Shown one piece after another: positions 1-14,139 of a stretch of 64,000 nucleotides of DNA. The notes beneath the pieces are model-generated. The model was not told where the DNA came from, searched no databases, and saw nothing but the letters and a program-made list of their open reading frames with translations. The stretch's first letter is position 1; each line of letters begins with the position of its first letter. The position numbers and the translations under genes are program-made. Origin of the DNA: Macrostomum lignano. Lineage: Eukaryota. The stretch spans positions 310,001 to 374,000 of the forward strand of contig NIVC01000532.1 in assembly GCA_002269645.1 (NCBI GenBank), in the 5' to 3' direction.

Positions 1-940
1 GTACGAATTCAATAATTACTCAATCTAACTACACAGGCAGCTACAGCTAAGGGGATTATAGCTCAGTGTAACTAACAATCCCCCAGTATGTTGAGAGGCA
101 AAATTATATCGAGTCGAATTTTAAGTCAAATTCAAACGTCATTTGCGCACACCGAACCCCCCGCATTACCGCAGAATTTGCCTCCCCCCGCTTAACACCT
201 GCCTTCTTGCCTTCTCTCCTCTCCTCTCTCTTCTGTCTTCTCCTCTCTTCTCTTCTCTCCCACTCCTCCTGCTCAGCATAATTTCAACCAGCAACTGGAG
301 GCCAAGAGCAGCAGAGGAAGCTTAGAAAACAAAAAAAGGAATCCAACCCCCCCCCCCTGCAGTGCGTCAGTTCAGCCTAGGGTTGGAAAACACGGGCTTA
401 TGTGGTTCGAACTGACTGCGTGAGTTGGCAGTGCGCTTCGGCCTGTGCCTTCTGTGTTTCTGGCCCGACTCCGGCCGCTCTCTCTGCTCACTCCTCTCAC
501 TGCAGTGCTGAGCCAGTATATGCTCATATTACATATCGCGACTGCAACAGTTGAATTTCAATTCAAACTAACCAAGCATTTTATATGGTCTCTAAGCTCT
601 GTTTAGTAAAATAAGGACCGCTGAAGTTGGGAGTTGAAATTGGTGGACATAACTTCGTTGGAGCTCAGAACTGCACCGTGTTTCGGGGGGGGGGGGGTGA
701 GGAAAGGGAGGACCCGGGAGAGAACAGGGGGTTTACCGCATGAGCCCGGCGCAACAACTTCCCAGTGGAAAGGACTTTTGAACTGCAGGCTGATTAAACA
801 AGTTGGGCGGTTTTGGCGAAAATAATGGTGTGTGCGACAGTGCTGTGCCAAACTGCAGTGACAGAATTCACGTAGGTCACAGGTGAAACCAAACTGCCGC
901 TTCCATGCGGGCTGAGACAGGGGTAGGGAGAGCTCAGCTC

Positions 941-1540
941 AGGGCTTTGAGACATCTGACACACATTATAAAACTGTCAGTACGGCTTTGAGGCATCTGA
1001 CACACATTATAAAACTGTCAGTAGGGCTTTGAGACATCTGACCCACATTATAAAACTGTCAGTAGGGCTTTGAGACATCTGACACACATTATAAAACTGT
1101 CAGTAGGGCTTTGAGGCATCTGACACAGATTATAAAACTGTCAGTAGGGCTTTGAGGCATCTGACACACATTATAAAACTGTCAGTAGGGCTTTGAGACA
1201 TCTGACACACATTATAAAATTGTCAGTAGGGCTTTGAGACATCTGACACAGATTATAAAACTGTCAGTAGAGCTTTGAGGCATCTGACACATATTATAAA
1301 ACTGTCAGTAGAGCATTGACGCATCTGACACATATTATAAAACTGTCAGTAGAGCTTTGAGGCATCTGACACAGATTATAAAACTGTCAGTAGGGCTTTG
1401 AGACATCTGACACAGATTATAAAACTGTCAGTAGGGCTTTGAGGCATCTGACACAGATTATAAAACTGTCAGTAGGGCTTTGAGACATCTGACACAGATT
1501 ATAAAACTGTCAGCACTGCTCTGAAGCATCTGACACATCT
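941..1540. repeat. 41-bp minisatellite
   Basis: Unit GTAGGGCTTTGAGACATCTGACACACATTATAAAACTGTCA, about 14 copies. Confidence 0.95.
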
Positions 1541-3490
1541 GAAAAGCAAGAATTAAAAAATGCTAATTTACAAATAGAAAATGGAGGGCAAGTCGAACGC
1601 TGTGCTAGTGAAATCCTGAACTCACGGTCCGTTAGTTGCAGAAGATGTTAAAGGAAAAACTCAAGAGTTGAAGAACGAGTTTCTCTCCCCATTCTCTGCC
1701 TGATTATAGCTTTCGGAAACAAGCGGCTGCTTGATTGCTTTCAGCAGACCCGCCCAACTCCAACTCCAAACTGCAGCTTCAGCACGACTGATTTAAATTG
1801 CAACCATTTAGCAGCCGTCTGTCATTTTCTGCTTCTCAAAGATTGAAAATTTCTGCCCTAGGGGGCTGGGTTTGCCTTGACTTAGCGGTCGCTAGGGAAG
1901 TGGGTCCACCATCAGTCTGCCCAGACATTCAGAAAGGCCTAATTTCCAGTGCTTTCTGGCCTCTTCTGCCATCTTTTTGCCCGGAACTGGATGCTACTGA
2001 AGGGGCAGGGCACTTGACAGACAATTATTGACAAATGAAAGCCTACTTGAGACACTGCAGTGTCCAACAAGAACTGGTTGCAGTAACTGACAAATTTTTT
2101 GTTGTCAACAACAATTTAGATATAGAAAGCTGTAAAAAATAACCGAAAGGATTAAATTGAAACAGGTTGGGAGACTGTTGGGAGCTGCCAAGCTGAGGGG
2201 AGGAGCACCTGGCCTGTATTTTAGCACATTCAAGCTGGCGAAGCCCCTTTGCCTTGCTAGTTGGGATTTGGTGCATAGGCCCAGCCCAGCCCTGTCAATA
2301 ATTTATCCCCACGCACTTCCCACAACTCCCCATGGCTCTGCAGAGCTGCATGGCAAAATAAATCGAGCCTCCTGCTTAAACAGCACAAAAGTTTGTCTTC
2401 ATCCGCCAAAGAAGCAAGCTGACTCAATTCAGGTGGAGCAAACTGAGACCGGGGGAGAGAGAGATGGGAAAAAAGCTGAGAAGTAGGCAAAGTAGGTTGG
2501 GAGACAAAACTACTAAGAAATTATCCCGAAGAGGTTTTTTTACCTTCCGCCCCCCTCCAGCTGCCGATGAGGGCTTGCCGTGTGGCTTAGCTAATCCCCT
2601 TGTGTTGAAAACCCGGCCGGCGGGACAAATCCCCGGACAAGCCCAGCGAGACACGAACGATCCCCCCCTCACTTGTGGTTCCCCCGAACCAATTTTGCGG
2701 CACCGAAGTCCCATCTGAATTGTTGTCTTCGACTGACATTCAGTACAGGAAATTTTCTGTCGCAAGGCAGGACCCGCGAGTGAGATACTGCGATTCTGCT
2801 AGCCTTAGTTATAACTTAGCAGCAAGCCCGAACACTATAGGTATAGCTAGCGGGCCCAGCTCCGGGCGACACTGGCCTTACACGGCCGGCTACCCCAAAT
2901 CCTTCTCCCCTCCTCCCCACACAGCCCCTTGTTCAAGGAGCCTCTTCACAACTGCTCAGCTTCCCAACTCTCTATCTCTGCAGCAGAGATTGGCGGCCAG
3001 AGGCAGCCAGCCAAGTTGATGATGTAGCATAAGGGGCGGAGGCTGGATCGGCCCTGCTCGACCAAGTGAGTCCAAAATACCCCCCTCTCTCTCTCTCTCC
3101 CTCTCTCTCCTCTTTATTCCCACTTCTATGCATTAGGGATGCGCAGACTCCCAGTTCCCAAGCTTCTTCAAATCTCCATTGCTGGTGGCGTCTGTCCCCT
3201 TCTTTCAATTATTGCTGTTTCTCTGTTTCACGCGTGATGGCGACACGGTTTGGCTGAAATCTCCCGAGATTCCACTCGACTGGCTGCCGGTGCCGATCCA
3301 GGTGCAATTTTCTCTTTCGACTCTTTTTTCTTTACAGGAAATCACCGACACGATGCGAAATCGTCATTTGGACTGTACTGAGCTGTCAGTGTTTCTCACG
3401 CTGCTCAATGGGGCGCTGATGTTCACGGGTTCAGTTGTAGTAGCCAGGTGTTTTAGACTAATTTTACCTGCACCTCGGCTGCTTCTGGAA

Positions 3491-4108
3491 GCGCTAATCT
3501 GAGGGACTCTTAATCTGGGGGTGCTAAGCTGAGAGACTCTTAATCTGGGGGGTGCTAAGCTGAGGGACTCTTAATCTGGGGGGTGCTAATCTGAGGGACT
3601 CTTAATCTGGGGGCGCTAAGCTGAGGGACTCTTATCCTGGGGGTGCTAAGCTGAGGGACTATTAATCTGAGGGGGTGCTAATCTGGGGCCACTAATCTGG
3701 GGGCGCTAATATGGGAGGCGCTAATCTGGGGCGCTAATCTGGGGGCTCTAATCTGGGGGGCGCTAATCTGGGGGCTCTAATCTGGGGGCGCTAATCTGGG
3801 AGGCTGTAATTTGGGGGGCGCTAATCTGGGAGGCTGTAATTTGGGGGGCGCTAATCTGGGAGGCTGTAATTTGGGGGCGCTAATCTGAGGGACTCTTAAT
3901 CTGGGGGCGCTAATCTGAGGGCGCTCATCTGGGGGCGCTAATCTGGGGGTTCTAATCGGGGGCGCTAATCTAGGGGCGCTAATCTGTGGGGCGCTAATCT
4001 GGGGGGGCACTAATTTCGGTGGGGGCTCTAATCTGAGGGCTCTTAATCTGGGGGCTCTAATCTGGGGGTGCTAAACTAGCGGGGCGCTAATCTGTGAGCG
4101 CTAATCTC
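3491..4108. repeat. ~15-bp variable minisatellite (GCTAATCTGGGGGGC)
   Basis: Degenerate tandem units; ends about 100 nt before the ONECUT acceptor. Confidence 0.9.
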
Positions 4109-4207
4109 AGAACTAATTCCAAGCTCCTCAATGTCGCCGCAGTCTCTCAAAAGCAGAGTTCCCAAAACAATATTTGCTTCACCGCGCAGGCGTCTCCGCT
4201 GTTGCAG

Positions 4208-5016
4208 CCTGCAAGCGCAAAGAAGAGGACGCCGTGGCCGCAGCCGCTGCAGCCGCCGCGGCCGCCGCCGGAGCCTGCGGCATGGTTGGCATCGGAGGCG
4301 GCCACCACGGCGGAATCGGCGGTGGCGTTGGACACCACGTTGGCGGCGGCGGCGGCGGCGGCGGCGGCGGAGGCGGCGGCAAGTCCTCCGGCGGCAGCGG
4401 CGGCGGCGACTCGAAGCCGCCCAAGAAGCCACGGCTGGTGTTCACCGACATCCAGCGGCGGACTTTGCACGCCATCTTCAAGGAGACGAAGCGGCCGAGC
4501 AAGGAGATGCAGGCGACAATCGCGCAGCAGCTCGGCCTCGAGGTGTCCACCGTGGCAAATTTCTTCATGAACGCCCGCCGCCGATCGCTGGACAAGTGGC
4601 AAGAGGACAAGGACGGCCGGACGGGCAGCACAGACTCGTTGTTGTTCGACGATCAGCGCTCCGAGGCCTCCTGTCTGGAGAGCGACGACCCGGCTGTTGC
4701 TGCCGCTGCCGCCGCGGCCGCCGCTGTGGCTGCCGGCATCGCGCCGGCGCAGCATCAAGGGCATCCGCATCAGCATCATCATCACCAGCATCACCAGCAT
4801 CACCATCAGCAGCAGCAGCATCATCACCAGCACCAGCATCATCACCAGCATCAACATCAGCAGCATCAGCAGCATCCAGGTCACCACATGCTGCCAGCGG
4901 GCCCCGGCGGACCCGCCCTGTCCTCGGCTAACCTGCCGTCGCCGCTGCCCATCGCTCTGCCGCTCAACCTCAACTCGTCCGCCGCCTCGTCGCCGCTGGT
5001 TGGCAGTTCGGCGTGA
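4208..5016 (+). CDS. onecut: ONECUT (HNF6-like) homeobox gene, terminal coding exon; the CUT-domain exon lies upstream of the window
   Basis: Translation ACKRKEE...KPPKKPRLVFTDIQRRTLHAIFKETKRPSKEMQATIAQQLGLEVSTVANFFMNARRRSLDKW is a ONECUT homeodomain with the diagnostic F48/M50 (NFFMNARRR). Phase-1 acceptor ttgcag|CC TGC AAG at 4207/4208 matches the usual intron before ACKRKE. TGA at 5014-5016. An alternative acceptor near 4190 is possible. Confidence 0.93.
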
Positions 5017-5091
5017 AACTCGAACTCGACGCTTTGAACAGATTTTGGAGAGAGGGAGTGGGGGCTGCGGGCGTCTGGAGAGCTTAGAAAC

Positions 5092-5665
5092 TTGTCCCGA
5101 GTCAGGGGGTTGTCCCGAGTCAGGGGGTTGTCCCGAATCAGGAGGGTTGTCCCGAGTCAGGGGGTTGTCCTGAATCAGGAGGGTTGTCCTGAGTCAGGAG
5201 GGTTGTCCCGAATCAGGAGGGTTGTCCCGAATCAGGAGGGTTGTCCCGAATCAGGAGGGTTGTCCTGAATCAGGAAGGTTGTCCTGAATCAGGAGGGTTG
5301 TCCCGAATCAGGAGGGTTGTCCCGAATCAGGGGGGTTGTCCCGAATCAGGAGGGTTGTCCCGAGTCAGGGGGTTGTCCTGAATCAGGAGGGTTGTCCTGA
5401 GTCAGGAGGGTTGTCCCGAATCAGGAGGGTTGTCCCGAATCAGGAGGGTTGTCCCGAATCAGGAGGGTTGTCCTGAATCAGGAGGGTTGTCCTGAATCAG
5501 GAGGGTTGTCCCGAATCAGGAAGGTTGTCCTGAATCAGGAGGGTTGTCCTGAATCAGGAGGGTTGTCCCGAATCAGGAGGGTTGTCCCGAATCAGGAGGG
5601 TTGTACTGAATTAGGAGGGTTGTCCTTAATCAGGAGGCGGATATCCCGAATCAGGAGGGTTATCC
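5092..5665. repeat. 19-bp minisatellite (TTGTCCCGAATCAGGAGGG)
   Basis: About 30 copies just 3' of the ONECUT stop. Confidence 0.95.
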
Positions 5666-7781
5666 TAAAGGAAAAATATCATTATGTGTCTCCCTCTCCA
5701 ATGTCTTCTTATTAAGATTCGTGTACACCCATGCTATGGACTCAAAAAGCCAGTTTCCGCAGTGAATCTGTTAAGTACAGCTCACAGGGCCGAGACACAC
5801 GGTGGGTGAATTGTATCTTGTTGATTGTGAAATTTTTAGAACTGTGGTTTCTCATTTGTACAGGCAAATGCTTATTTAATCTATTGAAAGTATACCTACA
5901 TTGATATTAGCTAACGATGTTGCAATCTAAAATCAGTTCATGCAGAATATATGATTTAATAATTTTTGTTCTCTATTAGCTGGTTCACGCACGAACACTC
6001 CTTGAGGCACCAATAACTTATCTGAGTGTTCCGTGGGCTTGCTAAATCCCTAGTGCCCACCTTAGTCCCAAAAGCGCTCTTTGTTTTTCCCCAAGATTTT
6101 TTATCCCTATTTTGAGTGAGTTTCCAATGCCTATCAAAGCTTTGTTAGACATCGAACATGTTTTCGTGCCCGCATCGTGTCCAGTCGGCGCTCACCGACC
6201 TTGACAGTTCGCGCAGTAATTTTTTATTTGTCATATTTCACATCTTCGTCAGAATTAGATTTTTTAAAAAAGTATGATCCACATGAATTGTTGTTAAGAG
6301 GCCGCACTCTCAGTATTACCTGTTAAATTACAGCACTCTGTGTAATTTCAGACTGATCTGCTGTAATATGATTCATCCACCCTCGTTAACACCGGGGTTA
6401 ACCGCTCCGCACTTGCAAGCAGAGTTGGCGGTCAGATGACTCTGAGGACATTTTGCCTGTCTTCATGTTTCCACTCTTATTTTAAAAAAGCTCCCCCAAA
6501 ATATTGAAAGACTGCAATTATGAATAATTAAATGTACACAGCATAAACCTGTGTGTGTGCCCTGATTTATGAGTTTCCGTTGCACACTTTGTGAGCTCGA
6601 TCTAAACCCAAGATTTCGAAGCGCTATTGTGACACTTTATGCTGCTTGCTTGCATATATATTGAGCATATTATTACTATATTACACATTACATAACTACT
6701 GTTGCTTCTTCTGTTTCTAAGATTCATTTGGCACTGGATTTGTATCTGTGAACTGCACAGTCGGAGCCGCTGATGCTGACTAGATGCTTTTCTGGAAATT
6801 GGCTCTCAGACTCTCAGCTGCACGCGCCCTCCCGTGCTTCATCAGAACTTGCTTGAGCTCGCCTTGGTCCTCCAGCTTGCCAACTACAAGAGCATCTTCA
6901 TTAAGAGTGAGAGCGGAGAGCTTGTACAGTTTCCAGTACCGCCTCAGACTAACCAACTTGGGGACAGTGGATAAGATATGTTTAGCAGTTTCGCATCTGA
7001 GCACTGCTCATCCACTGTCCACTATTTAACTCGTGGACGATGTAATAGGGGGGGGGGGGTGGAGCAGTGCCATCCAAACTTCATCCAATTACGGTATTCA
7101 ACTGTCCAGCAGCGCAGGATTCTGAGTAAAACTGCTCAAAACGAGTGAAAAAAAGACACTGCCGCCAGACGAGAGGGGGCCTTTCAAAGTTAATTCCTCA
7201 GCTAGCAAGAGAGGAGAGTGAGAGAAATGAGTTTTGCACAGGCAGCACCAGGCGTGTAAAAACTCTACCAGATTGGCAGGTCTTATATACAGTTTTAAGA
7301 GTCTGCTCCCCCTGCCTGGCCTAATTCCTGCCATCCCCTGAAAACAACAAGCTAATCAAATTCGAGCTGCCAATGCGATTAACGTAATCATAGTAGACTT
7401 TGCTGCTGAACAGAGGGAGGCGTGCGTCCCCTGGCTGAGGCTCCAATTATTTGGCAAGAGCCCTGGCGGTGCTAATCACTCGGAAGCTGGGGCCAGTCTC
7501 TGGCTGCCCAGGCTAGTCTATCCCTGCACACTCGGCTGCGGCACTGGCTTGTTGTTAAAATACACTTTGACGGACGAACAGGGGGTCAGTCTGAGAATGC
7601 CAATGAGCAAAGTTCTGACGCTGCTGGAATACCAAATTCTGCTGAGTTGGCTTAGGGAGCGTGTTGTTTTATTGCAAAGTTTCCAGGGGGAGGGTTTTGT
7701 CAGAAACTATCCTCAATTAACAATGTTGCGTCAAGATAAAAGAAATGCTGCTAGCTCCTATTATGCTCGAGTGCGTTCGAC

Positions 7782-8228
7782 GGAGAGAAGAGAAAAGAGA
7801 GAGGAGAGAGGAGAAGGAAGAGAGAGAGGGAGGGAAGAGGAGAGAGAAGAGAAAAAAAGAGGAGAGATGAGAGAGAAAAGGAGAGAGGAGAGAGAAGAGG
7901 GGAGAGAGGAGAACGAAAAGGGGAGAGAGGAGAGAGAAAAGAGGAGAGAGGAGAGAGAAAAGGGGAGAGAGAAAAGGGGAGAGATGAGAGAGGAGAGAGA
8001 ATGGGAGAGAGGAGAGAGAAGAAGAGAGAGGAGAGAGAAGAAGAGAGAGGAGAGAGAAAAGAGGAGAGAGAAGAAAGAAAAGGGGAGAGAGGAGAAGGGA
8101 GAGAGGAGAAGGGAGAGAGGAGAAGGGAGAGAGGAGAGAGGAGAGAGAAGAGAGGAGAAGGGAGAGAGGAGAGGAGACATAAGAGGAGAGAGGATAAGGG
8201 AGAGAGGAGAGGCGGAGAGAAGGAACAG
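7782..8228. repeat. GA-rich polypurine low-complexity tract
   Basis: Almost only G and A on the + strand. Confidence 0.95.
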
Positions 8229-8961
8229 AGATTAGAGTTTATTGGTGAGTTACTCTTAACGTGGTGCAGCGCCAGGGTCAAAGATTGAATTGCGAACCAA
8301 AGCGACTGGAAAGAAGGCTAAAGAGGCAGCAAGTGGGCTGAGCACAGTTGAGCAGTAAAGGCAAGAGGATCAGAAGAAGTCTGGACACAATTAGATCCTT
8401 AACTGCCTGCATTCCTGCATGGCTAGACTTTTTTTATTCTCACTCAACAGTGACTCAATTCAGTTATAGTTAGACACGATGAAGGAGGCGGGCTCCAGTG
8501 CGAGCAACAGTCACCTGGTGGGCGCGCAGATCCTAGGATAATTAGGAAGAGAGAAAAGGGCGCTCAGGATCAAGTTTTGCTCTTCCACTCCTCCGCTTCC
8601 CATGGGGGGAGCGAGGAGGCTCTTCTCTCATGATCTTTCGGAAACACTAGACGTTGACGAAGTTGATGATGCCTGGTCATCGCTCCGTCTCTGCCCCCCT
8701 CCAGCCTCAGTCACTTGGAGTTAATAAACGGGATGAAGTTAAAAAACTTTTCTGTTTTTCTTGTTAATTCTGTTAAAAAAAGAAAGCTTTTTTGCATTGA
8801 CGTAAAGTGTACACATACGCATTATACATAATTTGAACAGCCATTGTGAAATGTTTTTTGAGGCTGGTTTTTGGCGTCGCAGTAGTTATTTTTTTAACGT
8901 AGGACCGTTTTTGACAGAATTTTATTTTCATTGTTGTTTTTGTCTTTATTGTTTTTCTTCT

Positions 8962-8971
8962 TCTTGTTGCT

Positions 8972-9031
<60 letters not shown>

Positions 9032-9350
9032 GGTGGTGGTGTTTTTGTTGGTGGTGTTGTTGTTGTTGGTGTTGTTGTTGGTGTTATTGTTGTTGTCTCT
9101 GTTGTTGCTGCTGTTGTTGTTTTTGTTTTTATTGTTGCGATTGTTGCTGTTGTTGTTGTTGTTGTTTTTTTGTTGGTGGTGTTGTTGTTGTTGGTGTTGT
9201 TGTTGGTGTTATTGTTGTTGTCTCTGTTGTTGCTGCTGTTGTTGTTTTTGTTTTTATTGTTGCTATTGTTGTTGTTGTTGTTGTTGTTGTTGCTGTTGTT
9301 ATTGTTATTGTCGTTTTCCTGGTTGTTGTCGTTGACATTGTTGTTGTAGC
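8962..9350. repeat. (GTT)n microsatellite with interruptions
   Basis: TGT/GTT triplets with a partly duplicated interrupted block. Confidence 0.95.
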
Positions 9351-10228
9351 TTTGCTGTTGTTTTCTCTGTTGCTATCTTTGTTGTTTCTTATTGTTTACG
9401 CTGTCACTAAAAGATGACAACAAATAGCTCGGAGAGAAACCGGAGAGTGTCTCGCATCTCCAATCCAATGCCGAGTGAGCGGTTAATGAGACAAGAAATC
9501 TCGAATCCCGCCCCGAAGCGCCAGAAACAGCTCCGCAGTAAGGGGAGTTGACTTTGTGATGCGCTCGCTTCCCCTTGCCAACCGCCTCATTGCCGCTCTC
9601 TCTCCCCCTCCTCTCTTCCCCTCGGGATAAATTTTCAATAATTAACGAGCAGCCACAGGCGGTGATGAGGCGGCGTGAGCTGTTGCGCAAGCCGACACTC
9701 TGGAGGGGAGGAGATTCGAAGGGAGCGCACGTGGCGACAGTCGATATGCGGTATGGCATACCCCCCCCCCGGTCTATCAAAGCTGTCCCACCACACCAGC
9801 TTTCTGTCTGCCCGGAGGCGGGCCCAGTCTGTGTAAGCCGAATCTCTGACAGGGGCCCGGCCGGCACTCCACCCTTGCTGGCTTCTTGCTTGCGCAGGTT
9901 CGAGTCACAAAATACGGTTCCGATCTTGCATGGCCTTGTTTTTAATTTCTGTCCAGCCTTTGGGTGCCGTTGGTGAGGGAGGAGACTGTGGAGGATCCAC
10001 CAACCCCCGAGGCTAAGTCGGAGAGCATGAGAACTTCGGATATGCAGATAGACAGCGATTTGAGCTGGGCCGCGGCTGGGTTGCTGAGCTGAGCTGGGCA
10101 GCAGCAGCAGTGCCAGCAAAGTTGTCCAACGCCAGCTCCGGATCTGGTTGCCGCTTCGGGGCGGATCAGCGAAAGCTGGAAGACAGCGAGAGAGGAGTTT
10201 GAGAGGATATACAAGGAAAATTATAACG

Positions 10229-11045
10229 GGAGAGAGAAGAGAAAGAAGAGAGAGAGAGGAGAGAGGGAGATGGGAGAGAAGAGAAGATTAGAGAGAAGAG
10301 AGAGAGCAGAGAAGAGAAGAGAGTAGAGGGAAGAGAAAAGAGAAGAGAGAGGAGAGAAGAGAGGAGAGAAGAAAGAGGGGAGAAGAGAGAAGAGAGGAGA
10401 GAGGAGAGAGGAGAGGAACGTGGAGAGAGGAAAAAGAAAAGAGTGGAGAGGAGAGACGACACAGGAGCGAAGACAGAGGAGAGAGGAGAGGAGAGAGAAG
10501 AGAGGAGAGAGGGAGAAGAGAGGAGAGAGGAGAGAGAAGAGAGGAGAGGAGAGAGGAGAGAGGAGAGAGAGAGAAGAGAGGAGAGGAGAGAGAAGAGAGG
10601 AGAGGAGAGAGAAGAGAGGAGAGAGGAGAGAGGAGAGAGGAGAGAGGAGAGAGGAGAGAGAAGAGAGGAGAGGAGAGAGAAGAGAGGAGAGAGGAGAGAG
10701 GAGAGAGGAAAGCGGAGAGAGGAAAAAGAAAAGAGTGGAGAGGAGAGATGACACAGGAGCGAAGACAGAGGAGAGAGGAGAGGGGAGAGGAGAGAGGAGA
10801 GGAGAGAGGAGAGAGAAGAGAGGAGAGGAGAGAGAAGAGAGGAGAGAGAAGAGAGGAGAGAGGAGAGAGGAGAGAGGAGAGAGGAAAGCGGAGAGAGGAA
10901 AAAGAAAAGAGTGGAGAGGAGAGACGACACAGGAGCGAAGACAGAGGAGAGAGGAGAGGGGAGAGGAGAGAGAAGAGAGGAGAGGGGAGAGGAGAGAAGA
11001 GAGAAGAAAGGGGAGAAGAGAGGATAGAGAAGAGCGGGAGAGATG
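10229..11045. repeat. GA-rich tract with higher-order repeat
   Basis: Polypurine tract containing three copies of GAAAAGAGTGGAGAGGAGAGA(C/T)GACACAGGAGCGAAGAC. Confidence 0.92.
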
Positions 11046-12049
11046 AAATAAGAAAAAATCAGAAATAAGATAAATAAAAATGCTAACTAAACTTAGCATA
11101 AAAACGGAACCAAGGCAGCAAATTTTTCTCATATATGCAGCCGAGATCCGTAGACTGAAAACGCCGAAAATGCTACAAAGCCAATCGGATTGACAAGCGG
11201 CAGTGCTGGCAGGCCCAACTTATATTCTCTAAGAATGAAACAAACTGTGACAGCGGTTGAGAATTGCCTATTAATAAGTAATAAACCCGCTGGCTCATAA
11301 CTGTTGACAGGTGCTGATTTTATCCCACAGCCGGTGGGTGTTGAGCCGACGGAGCAATTAAAATTTTGGCGTAAATTTCTTGATAGGTTCTTTTTTATTG
11401 CGCAGGGGCTACCCAAGGTTTTTCCCTAAGCCTGAGTAGGGGAAAAACTCACCTTACCCAAACCGACTTTTTGCCTACTATTTTTTCCCCTCTCTGCTTC
11501 TTCTGTCATTCATTTCCTACTGCAGACTCCGCCAAGCATGACCAAGCTGCGACTCAGTCCCAGCTTCTGGCTCTGCCTCATCATCCTCCTACCCCCCCCC
11601 CAAAGAAGCAGAAGATCTCGCAACACGCCGGGCAGGGAGTCAGGAAGCGAGCAGCAGCAGTGAGCCAGTTTGAGAACTGTTCTCAACAGTTCCGCTGGCT
11701 GCTTCCTTTATGCCGGTCAGGTGAGACCTGTTGCTGCTGTTGCTGCTGCTGCTGTTGCTGCTGTTGCGGCTGCTGCTTCTGCGACTCGCTGAGTCGTGCA
11801 AACAATAAAATTGTCTCTTTCAGCTGATCGCGACACAAGGGATGCTTAAATGAACTGTTAAGAAATGCTCATTCCTTGATATTATCTCTTATCTCCGTGT
11901 CCTTGTCGTATGCACTGTGGAGTTACTGATCGAAGCTTTAAAGTTCCTTTGTTCAAAGCTGAAAGTTGTCATTATCTAGAAATTAAAAAAATTAAACAAA
12001 AATTGTTTAGCCCTAACAGGCTGATGTATAAGATTGCGTCATCTGAAAC

Positions 12050-12500
12050 CTTTTATGCTTAAACATTCTATTATGATGCTTAAACATTCTATTATTATGC
12101 TTAAACATTATATTATGATGCTTTAACACTCACTCTTATGCTTAACAACATTATGCTTATACTCTATTATGCTTAAACACTCATTGCGATGCTTAAAGAC
12201 TCACTCTTTTGCTTAAACACTAAATTTTGACGCATATAAACTCACTTTGATTCTTAAACACTCACTCTTTTGTTTAAACACTTACGCTTAAACACTTATT
12301 ATGATACTTAAACACGTAATTATGATACTTAAACACTCGATTTTGATGCTTAACACCTTATTATGAAGCTTAAACACTCATTATGGTGCTTAAAAACTCA
12401 TTATGATGCTTAAACACTCACTTCGATTTTAAGCCCTCACTTTTGCTACTTAAACATTCGCTTTCATGCCTAAACACTCAAGTAAATGATTAAACACAAG
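12050..12500. repeat. Degenerate ~20-bp minisatellite (ATGCTTAAACACTC core)
   Basis: Recurring CTTAAACAC core with diverged spacers. Confidence 0.8.
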
Positions 12501-13202
12501 ATTTGCTGCCTTAACGATAATTTTAGTGTTTAAAAACTCGACTAAACACTTTTTAAAGAAATCTCTCTCTAAGCTCAGGCCCTACGGCAAAAATCCCAGT
12601 CTTAAGCAAATGGGAAAAATAATTGGAAATTAATACTGCAACGTTAGCGGACAGAGGGGGGGGGGTAAAATCCCCCAAAATGCCAAGGGATTTACCGAAG
12701 CCTCGAAGGTATTTAAGCCACCCCATCCTGGGGATCAGAGAGGATGCGCCGAAAGACGTGGGGGATTATGCGGTGGGACGGGTAGGCTGAAAACCAAGTG
12801 GGGGATGAACTCTGCTCTGAGAATAATCATGGCGGACTACAGAGACAGGAGACAAGAGAAGCCAAGAATTAAGATGGGAGATTTGCAAAAACACCGGAGT
12901 GGGAAGGGGGGCGGCTGCGGAACTCTACAAGGGATTGAATTTCGTAAAACTTCTCTCTGTCTGCCCGGCATCGCCTATCCGCCTCCCGCGGCGCTCAAAG
13001 TTTACTCGAGCATAAAGGGCCGAGACAAAAAATTGAATGGAGTGGGTCCCGTGCTCAGGCTGGCCTCCAAGCAATCCGATATTGTTGACACCCTGTGTCT
13101 CTCCTCTCCATCTTCAGCCTCCACGCCAACCCGTCTACGAGTGAAAGACAATGGGATTGGGAGTGGGGAAGAGTGCGGCACAGCAATATCCTGTTGCTGT
13201 CG

Positions 13203-13538
<336 letters not shown>

Positions 13539-14139
13539 CCAGCTGAAGTGGACAAGCACAGCAGAATTCCTGCAAACTCGCTGATCAGTTGCCAAAGCCG
13601 TCTTGACACTTATCTTGAGCCGGCACTTGCCCGCGGCTCCAGCTAACGAAAGTAGCCAATATTAATTAAGTTAATAATTAATCTGCACCACGCCAGCAGA
13701 AGGGAAGCACACAGGAAAACACAGCAGCATTCAATTGGTCCTCAGTTCGCTCTCCTCATTTCCATATCCAGAGAGCGCACTGTTTGAGCAGCAAATTACG
13801 GCGGCCAAGAGAGGGGACTGCGGCGTCAATGCAGCAACCCTACAAAGCTTTTCTGCTAACAAGCCTATTTAAAGTGGCACTTGTTATCTTTTAATCAGCC
13901 CACAGTTCAGGCACCCTTGGTATTGACCGACTATATTTTGAGCTCAACAATATTTCCACCAGCTCTTTCCAACCCGTAACAGAACACATTCGGGTATGAA
14001 ACTGGAGCAGGGAGTGCAGAGTCTGCCTTGTTTTGCCAATCCGAAAACCCAAGCACAGAAGAATCTGGCCGCTTTCTATGGGTCAGACATGGTGCTCGGG
14101 ATACAGCTGACACTGACACTTCCCTGACTCTAGTGATAC

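Noticed and set aside
3302-3385. Strong acceptor (ttttttctttacag|G at 3337/3338) as a possible ONECUT linker cassette exon
   Set aside because: In the required phase 1 it reaches TGA within about 15 codons, there is no good downstream donor, and the apparent upstream intron is only 36 nt.
1-4207. CUT-domain exon of ONECUT
   Set aside because: No LSDLL...PKPW..LKSGRETF-like peptide was found in the listed ORFs or by eye; it probably lies upstream of the window.
4076-4931. Overlapping alternative-frame ORFs across the ONECUT exon (and 46863-47754 across Tbx exon 5)
   Set aside because: Shadow ORFs of GC-rich, triplet-repeat coding sequence.
6780-7004. 74-aa minus-strand ORF with protein-like composition
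   Set aside because: Non-ATG start, no recognisable motif and no convincing splice sites; it could be a decayed gene or TE fragment and needs BLASTx.
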